Virus record (IMG/VR): IMGVR_UViG_3300027749_000039
Coordinates: 32,001 to 96,000 of that record
Reading direction: 5' to 3' (one strand)
Source of the DNA: a virus
DNA: 64,000 nt
Shown here: one piece after another, positions 57,721-64,000 of the stretch
Layout of the letters: each line of letters begins with the position of its first letter
Numbering within the stretch: position 1 is the stretch's first letter
Position numbers and translations under genes: made by a program
The notes under the pieces: generated by a model
Databases searched by the model: none
Told to the model about the DNA's origin: nothing
The model's input: only the letters and a program-made list of their open reading frames with translations

Positions 57721-57750
57721 CAAAAATACGCATTTTTTATCAAAAAACAA
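57721..57750 (-). promoter_or_regulatory. Bacteroidota-type promoter
   Basis: TTG-N19-TATTTTTG. Confidence 0.75.
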
Positions 57751-57785
57751 AGAAAAGAAGCATAAATGTTTTTGATATATAAGTT

Positions 57786-58487
57786 ATGAAATATAATATA
57801 ATAGGTTTAGATCCTAGTTTAATCTCTACTGGTCTTGTAGTAAATGGAAAATTATTTAATTATTGTAGAGAAAAAGACGCTACAAATAAGAGTGGATTAA
57901 GTAAATGGTTTAAGTATGCAGAATCAGAATTAATATTAAGATATATTGATTATAGAGAATATGAAAATTACTCTGATGGTGAATTAATTAAATTAAAAGA
58001 TTATGATGCAATTACTACTTTAATAATTAAAGATATAGAAGAAAATATAGATAAAACTTTACCAACTAAAATTGGTATTGAAGGATATAGTTTTGGTTCA
58101 AACGTTGGTCCATTGATAGATTTAGTGACTTTTTCTACATTATTGAGGAAAAAGTTATTTGATTACATTAGTCAAGATATAACCGTATTTTCCCCTTCAT
58201 CATTAAAGGTAGAAGCTTGTAAATTAACTTATCCACCTATTAATGAGGGTAAGAAAAAAGAAAAGTGGGTTTATAAAAATAATGAGGGTGTATCTGCTGG
58301 TTCTTTTACAAAGCATGGTATGTTTTTAGCAATAGTGGAAAATAATGACTTAAATGATAATTGGAGTAAATTGTGTAAAAGTTTAAAAACTGATATAATG
58401 AGTGCTACTAAGGTTCCAAAGCCATTTGAAGACGTGGATGATGCCTGGCTTCTGTTTAATATCCTCAAAGGGAGTAGGGGATACTAA
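57786..58487 (+). CDS. RuvC-like Holliday junction resolvase
   Basis: IIGLDPSL..TG, IEGYSF, DVDDA catalytic motifs. Confidence 0.8.
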   Translation: MKYNIIGLDPSLISTGLVVNGKLFNYCREKDATNKSGLSKWFKYAESELILRYIDYREYENYSDGELIKLKDYDAITTLIIKDIEENIDKTLPTKIGIEGYSFGSNVGPLIDLVTFSTLLRKKLFDYISQDITVFSPSSLKVEACKLTYPPINEGKKKEKWVYKNNEGVSAGSFTKHGMFLAIVENNDLNDNWSKLCKSLKTDIMSATKVPKPFEDVDDAWLLFNILKGSRGY

Positions 58488-58521
58488 ACTTTTAATATAT
58501 AATTATATACAACAATAGTTT

Positions 58522-59583
58522 ATGATTAAAAATGAATTTATAAAAATAAAAGTATCGTCTGGGCTAAAACAGAATTATTCTGGATTAGGATATGATTTTA
58601 AACAAAAAGAAGTTGATTTTAAGATAAGTGATTTAAAAGAAGTTTCAAATCAAAGAGTAGATGTTATATGCGATTTATGTTCGGAAGAATATAATATTCA
58701 ATATTGTAAATATGTTAAAAATATTAAAAGAAATGGATTTTATTCATGTCAAGGATGTGCCTTAAAAAAGAGGACAGAAATGATGATTAATAATAATTTG
58801 TCTTTAAATCCTGATAGTCAAAAAAAGAAAAAGGAAACTTTCATCAAAAATTACGGTGTTGATAATCCGTCTAAAGCAGAAAAGATAAAAATTAAAAAGA
58901 AAGAAACTTGTTTAAAAAATTACGGTGCTGAGTCGGGATTGCAATTAAGACATAAAGTAAAACAGGGAATGTTGGATAAATATGGTGTAGAATATCCTCT
59001 TCAATCAGAAGTTATAAAGAGTAAAATGTATGAAGATTTGATTGTTAAGTATGGTGTTAGTAATGTTTCTAAACTTATAGATATAAAGAAGAAAAAAGAA
59101 GAAACATGTTTTAAAAATTATGGTGTGAATAGTCCAAGTCAAAATAAAGAAATATCGAAAAAACAAATTATTACATATAAAGAAAATTATTTAGAAAAAT
59201 ATGGCGTTGAACACCCAATGCAAAGAAAAGATATTTTTGAAAAAATGTTATTATCTGCTTATAAAATAGTTTATTATAATGAAGAATTATTTAGTCAAGG
59301 AACATATGAATTAGATTTTTTGAATTATTGTAAAGAAAAAAATATTATAGATTTAGTTTCAAATGGTCCTTCATTAGAATATGAATTAAATAGCAAAAAA
59401 CATGTATACCATGCAGATTTTTATATAGAAAAATATAATTTAATCATAGAGGTCAAATCTAATTATACATATAATGTTGATTTAGAGAAAAATTTAGCAA
59501 AAGAAAAATATTCAAAATTAAATGGTTATAACTTTTTATTCATAATAGATAAAAATTATGATACATTAAAAAATTATAACTAA
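58522..59583 (+). CDS. Homing endonuclease-like protein with KYGV repeats and PD-(D/E)xK domain
   Basis: Multiple KxYGVxxP repeats; YHADFY...IEVKS. Confidence 0.75.
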   Translation: MIKNEFIKIKVSSGLKQNYSGLGYDFKQKEVDFKISDLKEVSNQRVDVICDLCSEEYNIQYCKYVKNIKRNGFYSCQGCALKKRTEMMINNNLSLNPDSQKKKKETFIKNYGVDNPSKAEKIKIKKKETCLKNYGAESGLQLRHKVKQGMLDKYGVEYPLQSEVIKSKMYEDLIVKYGVSNVSKLIDIKKKKEETCFKNYGVNSPSQNKEISKKQIITYKENYLEKYGVEHPMQRKDIFEKMLLSAYKIVYYNEELFSQGTYELDFLNYCKEKNIIDLVSNGPSLEYELNSKKHVYHADFYIEKYNLIIEVKSNYTYNVDLEKNLAKEKYSKLNGYNFLFIIDKNYDTLKNYN

Positions 59584-59585
59584 TA

Positions 59586-59792
59586 ATGAAAAAAGGTGAT
59601 AAAGTAATTTGTATAAAAGATTATATTCGTATAACGAAAACGGGAATTATTTTAGACAATTTTAAGAAAAATTCTATATATGAAATAGCAGATATTCATG
59701 GTGATAGAATCTTTGTTTTTAAGGAAAATAATATAGATTTTAGGAGTTTTAAAAAAAGACCTAATTTTTCTAATTATTTTTCTAAAATATAA
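59586..59792 (+). CDS. Hypothetical protein
   Basis: MKKGDKVICIKD; similar start to 62302. Confidence 0.55.
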   Translation: MKKGDKVICIKDYIRITKTGIILDNFKKNSIYEIADIHGDRIFVFKENNIDFRSFKKRPNFSNYFSKI

Positions 59793-59815
59793 TATATAAT
59801 AAAAATAATAAAATT

Positions 59816-60022
59816 ATGAAAGTAAAAAAATTTAATGAAAGTGTTTTTAATACTTTAGTTGACCAACGACTTGATGAGTGTATCTCTATGATAGGTAGTT
59901 CTTTTAATTTAGAAGTTAAAGATAAAGAAGCTGCTAAAAAAGATTTAGTAGAATTGCTTGAAAAGCATTATATTACAATAAACCAAGATGATAGTATGAA
60001 TAGTGGTGAATTTAAATTCTAA
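59816..60022 (+). CDS. Hypothetical protein
   Basis: MKVKKFNE N-terminus. Confidence 0.55.
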   Translation: MKVKKFNESVFNTLVDQRLDECISMIGSSFNLEVKDKEAAKKDLVELLEKHYITINQDDSMNSGEFKF

Positions 60023-60055
60023 AAACAATCCGTAAAACTTACGGATTGTTTTTTT
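60021..60055 (+). terminator. Intrinsic terminator
   Basis: AAAAACAATCCGTAA-AAC-TTACGGATTGTTTTT. Confidence 0.75.
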
Positions 60056-60066
60056 ATATAACACCT

Positions 60067-60582
60067 ATGAAGAAAAAGAGAGACAACTTAAAAAAGTATA
60101 TATCTAGAATAATACAGGAATCTCATAATAATAATATGATAAGACAAACTAAATATGTAGATAATTTCTACTATTGCGAATATAATGAGGAAATATCTAA
60201 AAAATTCTATAAGTTTTTAGAATTGGCTTTAAATTTAAAAGTTGATACTACTATCGGTGTGGATAATATATGTTTAAATATAAATTTGTCCGAGTATGAT
60301 AAATCAAATCAAACAGCAAACATAGGTAAAACGGTTAATAGTATATATGATGATAGTTTTATTACTTTTTATATAACAAAAACAAATTTTAAAATTAACC
60401 GGAACCACATGGAAATATGTGGGTATAAAGATAATTTCATATATAACTTATTTAAAGACAAGATTATCCAATCACATGAGCAAAAATCATCTGATATATT
60501 TCATACAACTATTAATGATATTTTAGATAAGGTGCCGCATATTGGTAGAGAATATAAAATAGACGAAATCTTGAACGATTAA
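60067..60582 (+). CDS. Hypothetical protein
   Basis: Ends REYKIDEILND. Confidence 0.6.
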   Translation: MKKKRDNLKKYISRIIQESHNNNMIRQTKYVDNFYYCEYNEEISKKFYKFLELALNLKVDTTIGVDNICLNINLSEYDKSNQTANIGKTVNSIYDDSFITFYITKTNFKINRNHMEICGYKDNFIYNLFKDKIIQSHEQKSSDIFHTTINDILDKVPHIGREYKIDEILND

Positions 60583-60614
60583 AACTTTTCGCTTAATTTT
60601 ATATATCATCTTAT

Positions 60615-62309
60615 ATGATTATAAGCGAAATCACACTTAAAAACTTTAAATCTTTCGGCAATAACGAGCAAACATTAAAACTAAACACACAAAGCGGTGA
60701 ACTAATACTTTTAGCAGGTTCAAATGGTAATGGTAAATCATCTTTGATTGAATCATTTGAATATGTGCTTTATAACTGCGTTAAAAGTGGTAAAAGTAAA
60801 AAATGGGCTACTTTGTCTTCTCTTCCGAATAGAATTAATGGAGAGTTATTAACTAAAATAAAGTTTAATTCTGGTGGAGTAGAAGTAGATGTTGAAAGAG
60901 GATATGCACCAGCCGTCCTTAAATTGACTGAAAATGGAATTACAAATGAAAGAGCTGGTAAATCTAATCTAAATGATACAATAGAAAAGTATATAGGTTT
61001 CGATGTAGAAACATTTAAGTCATTTATTTCTATGTCAGTTAATAATTTTAAAAACTTTATATCACTTTCTAATGAGGAGAAGCAAATACTTTTAGATAAA
61101 TTATTTAATTTAGAGGTAATAAATATTTTAAATAGTATATTAAAAGATTTAAATAAATCAAATAAAGCTTTAATTTTAAAACATGAAACTGAAATTAATA
61201 CCTTAGAAGGTTCAATTAATTCTATTCGTGTATCTATACAAAAATCTTTGGAAAAAGAACAAGAAGATATACAAGGTGAGATACAAAGTCTTAAAGATTT
61301 AATGGAAGCACAAAAAGGTAAATATGCTGAATTAAAGGAAAAAGTTGAAAAAATTAAATTAAAAGACCAAGAGTTAAAGCAACAAGTAGATAAAGAAAGA
61401 GAGCAGTATATGCTGGTGCAAAATGAGGTTAGAAACACTCAAAAAAGCATTGATTTATATAATTGTGGTAAATGTCCTACATGTGAAACGTCTTTTGATG
61501 GAGAACATTTTGTTAGTTTATTAGAAACTTTAATTGAAAAAAAGAAATCATCTGACGCAATTAAAGGCGAAATGGAAGCAAATATTGTTTCTCTTAAAGA
61601 GAAACAAAAGAAATTGCAAAGTATTTCGGATGAAACTACAAAAGCGTTTAATGATATAACTTATTTGTTGAAGAATTATAAGGCTCAAATTGATAAATTA
61701 CAATTAAAAGCTAATAATGAAACAAAATCTTCTACTTCGGTTCAAGAATTTGAAAATACTATTTTAGAATTAGTTTCAAAAAAAGAACAAAGTCAAGGAA
61801 ATTGTGATTTATTTAAAGAAAAAGAAACATATTATAAAGAATTAACGAAAGTATTTTCAGATGAAGGTGTTAAAAAATCTATTATAGCTGGTATAATTAA
61901 ACCTATTAATCTGTTTATAACAGAGAATATAAAACATATGGGTTTACCTTTTACGGTTCAATTAGACGAAACATTTACTGCTGAAATTAAACAATTTGGA
62001 GTAGTAGTTGAGCATGATTCTCTTTCTACTGGTGAAACAAGAAGGTTAAATCTTGCAATTTTAATTGCTTATTTAAAATTGATTAGGACAAAGAGACATA
62101 TTAATATATTATTTTTGGATGAAGTATTTTCTTCAATAGATTTAGAAGGTATAGAAAGCATTTTATTTTTATTAAAGCAATTTGCTACATCATATAATAT
62201 AAATATATTTGTGGTGCATCATGCAATTATGAATAGAGAGTATTTTGATAGGATAATACAAATAGATAAAAATGTATTTTCGGAAATAAAAGAATTAGTA
62301 AATGAATAA
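60615..62309 (+). CDS. SbcC/Rad50-like ATPase (T4 gp46-like recombination nuclease subunit)
   Basis: GSNGNGKSS, coiled coil with CPTC zinc hook, LSTGE, FLDEVF. Confidence 0.92.
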   Translation: MIISEITLKNFKSFGNNEQTLKLNTQSGELILLAGSNGNGKSSLIESFEYVLYNCVKSGKSKKWATLSSLPNRINGELLTKIKFNSGGVEVDVERGYAPAVLKLTENGITNERAGKSNLNDTIEKYIGFDVETFKSFISMSVNNFKNFISLSNEEKQILLDKLFNLEVINILNSILKDLNKSNKALILKHETEINTLEGSINSIRVSIQKSLEKEQEDIQGEIQSLKDLMEAQKGKYAELKEKVEKIKLKDQELKQQVDKEREQYMLVQNEVRNTQKSIDLYNCGKCPTCETSFDGEHFVSLLETLIEKKKSSDAIKGEMEANIVSLKEKQKKLQSISDETTKAFNDITYLLKNYKAQIDKLQLKANNETKSSTSVQEFENTILELVSKKEQSQGNCDLFKEKETYYKELTKVFSDEGVKKSIIAGIIKPINLFITENIKHMGLPFTVQLDETFTAEIKQFGVVVEHDSLSTGETRRLNLAILIAYLKLIRTKRHINILFLDEVFSSIDLEGIESILFLLKQFATSYNINIFVVHHAIMNREYFDRIIQIDKNVFSEIKELVNE

Positions 62310-62562
62310 ATTAAAAGAAGGTGATACACTAATTTGTCGCAAAGATGTAGTTGATACCATAAGTGGTGATATACTATTTAATATAGGACTTAATTATGTG
62401 ATAGACTATGTAGGTAGGTTAAATATTGAGGTTAAAGATAATAAAAATGATACTTGGGACTTTTTGACAGATGAAACTTATCCTTCTTATATTTATAAGA
62501 CATTTATAACTCTTGCAGACTGGCGGGAAGTTCAAATTGATAATATATTAAATGATGAATAA
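62302..62562 (+). CDS. Hypothetical protein
   Basis: Ends WREVQIDNILNDE. Confidence 0.6.
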   Translation: MNKLKEGDTLICRKDVVDTISGDILFNIGLNYVIDYVGRLNIEVKDNKNDTWDFLTDETYPSYIYKTFITLADWREVQIDNILNDE

Positions 62563-62827
62563 GTTTTATAAAATAAAAAGAAGGTGGAAATCTATAAAAA
62601 AGTTTATTATAGTGTTTTTATTATCATTCCTATTAATGGAAATAATAGAGCATAGTATAACTTACTTTTTTAAGATAGATTTACATCAATTGAAATGGGG
62701 TTGGATTGGATTTATATTAATATATGGATTTAAATATCATATATTATGTTGTATAATTCCTGGTATATGGACTACTTATAAGTGTAGGCATAAAAATAAA
62801 TGTGAGCATACTCACTGCGATATATAA
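62552..62827 (+). CDS. Small membrane protein with Cys/His tail
   Basis: Hydrophobic segments; CRHKNKCEHTHC. Confidence 0.55.
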   Translation: MMNKFYKIKRRWKSIKKFIIVFLLSFLLMEIIEHSITYFFKIDLHQLKWGWIGFILIYGFKYHILCCIIPGIWTTYKCRHKNKCEHTHCDI

Positions 62828-62829
62828 AA

Positions 62830-63567
62830 ATGGATAAATATAAAAATTATTACGGAATACTTGGTGTTAATAAGACAGCTACACCAAAAGAAATTAAAAC
62901 ATCTTATTATGCTATATCTATGGATTCACATCCGGATAAAGGTGGTGATGAAAATATATTTAAAGAAATAACAGAAGCTTATAAAGTGTTATCAAATAAA
63001 ACTACAAAGGATGATTATGATTCTAAATCAAAATTTGGTGCAAATTATGATGAGTTATTAGAGATTTATGATTTTGAGTTTAGTAATGAAACTAAAAATT
63101 ATGAAAGAGATAATGATATGTATCGTGAGTGGAAAGATAAAGAAGAATTAACTATAATTCTTCATATTGATGAAACTTTTAATGGTTCGATTGAATATGA
63201 AAGATATGTTTTGTGTAAGAAATGTGGTGGTTGTGGAAAAGATAATGACTCTAAAATTGCAATTAAAGACGAAACAGGTAAAATTATTAAATATTTTGAT
63301 GCATCTGAAGGTTGTGATTTTTGTGAAGGAACTGGTAAATGGGGTGAATTAGATTGTTTATATTGTTTTGGTGCTGGTAAAGTAAATGGTAAAGATTGTG
63401 ATACTTGTAAAGGCGAAAAAAGAATAAAGGGTAAGCAGAAAATAAATGGTATAAAAATAAAAGCAGATAATAAAGATCATAAAATAGAATTTATGGGTCA
63501 TGTATCAAAAGATATACCAGGAAAAGTAGGACATTTATGGTTAATAATAAAAAAAGCGACTGAATAA
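62830..63567 (+). CDS. dnaJ: DnaJ-like chaperone (J domain plus zinc finger)
   Basis: YYGILGV, HPD, CxxCxGxG repeats. Confidence 0.9.
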   Translation: MDKYKNYYGILGVNKTATPKEIKTSYYAISMDSHPDKGGDENIFKEITEAYKVLSNKTTKDDYDSKSKFGANYDELLEIYDFEFSNETKNYERDNDMYREWKDKEELTIILHIDETFNGSIEYERYVLCKKCGGCGKDNDSKIAIKDETGKIIKYFDASEGCDFCEGTGKWGELDCLYCFGAGKVNGKDCDTCKGEKRIKGKQKINGIKIKADNKDHKIEFMGHVSKDIPGKVGHLWLIIKKATE

Positions 63568-63579
63568 GTCGCTTTTTTT
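63549..63579. terminator. Bidirectional terminator
   Basis: A-tract-GCGACT-GAATA-AGTCGC-T-tract. Confidence 0.75.
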
Positions 63580-63583
63580 ATTA

Positions 63584-64000
63584 TTAAAAAGTTCTAGTTA
63601 TAGTAGCTGCGGTGTTAGATGCTGGGTTAGTAAACATATTACCACTATTTGCTGGTGTATAAACACTGCTCGAACTACCAATAGTATCTACATCTATTGT
63701 TAATACTATATTACCAACATAGTTGTAATTAGCATTAGTGTAATCAATATAAGGAGCGATAGCTACATATGGATAATATATTGTTTGATCTATATTTGAT
63801 TCTGTTGCATACTGTAAGAACGGAATCATATCTACTTCATAAAAAGACATATTTGTTATAGATGCACTTAAACTACTATACATATATAAATCGAATGATT
63901 TCTTGTTATAAAAGTATTCAGTTTTAGTTAATACGCTAGTTAATGCGTGATTGAATGAACCAGGTGAAGCAGCCCAACCTACGCTCTCATTATAAGAAGT
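63584..64000 (-). CDS. 3' end of a larger, probably structural gene (continues beyond the window)
   Basis: Frame is open from 64000 to the stop; the track's ATG at 63883 is internal. Confidence 0.7.
   Translation of the reverse strand, partial: TSYNESVGWAASPGSFNHALTSVLTKTEYFYNKKSFDLYMYSSLSASITNMSFYEVDMIPFLQYATESNIDQTIYYPYVAIAPYIDYTNANYNYVGNIVLTIDVDTIGSSSSVYTPANSGNMFTNPASNTAATITRTF

Noticed and set aside
4116-61438. Short ORFs lying antisense or out of frame within longer genes (for example 4116, 11152, 11217, 11495, 17786, 22130, 22304, 24568, 24797, 27238, 31806, 34761, 39161, 39530, 42558, 44577, 44846, 53782, 54258, 55426, 57480, 58271, 60770)
   Set aside because: Shadow frames of well-supported genes or tRNAs, with no motifs or start signals
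1-64000. Genome-wide TAG reassignment (code 15)
   Set aside because: Long genes are open under the standard code and not fragmented at TAG; internal ambers were seen only at the two codon-3 positions
1-64000. Eukaryotic giant virus or bacterial chromosome origin
   Set aside because: Bacterial promoters, terminators, GreA and ClpP together with T4-like UvsX and gp46, virion-type genes and mostly unknown ORFs fit a large phage

Overview
Very AT-rich, gene-dense segment of a large (jumbo/huge) tailed dsDNA bacteriophage. It carries T4-like recombination genes (UvsX/RecA, gp46/SbcC, RuvC-like resolvase), large virion-type proteins, several free-standing homing endonucleases, an intein and many host-takeover genes (clpP, phoH, greA, aspS, YqeY, Pth2, Smr, dnaJ, FMN-glutamate synthase, GDP-fucose synthase). 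Repeated TTG-N19-TAnnTTTG promoters point to a Bacteroidota host. A second motif, TAATATATA, often sits 4-6 nt before the ATG and looks like a phage late promoter. The standard genetic code fits the whole window. The standout feature is a local amber module at 22.4-25.1 kb: two tRNA genes with CUA anticodons (one canonical, one with an abnormal D-arm and A33) lie just upstream of a PTH2-fold gene and an HD-domain gene, and both genes begin ATG-NNN-TAG in frame. Their expression therefore appears gated by amber readthrough. Other notable items: a GIY-YIG cassette that replaced the 3' half of clpP, an intein at the catalytic Cys of GDP-fucose synthase, a Hint-domain virion protein, a family of proteins with a T4-like capsid-targeting N-terminus (including two ART-like enzymes and a frameshifted GNAT), and several recombination scars. 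All family calls come from motif recognition by eye; no database searches were run.
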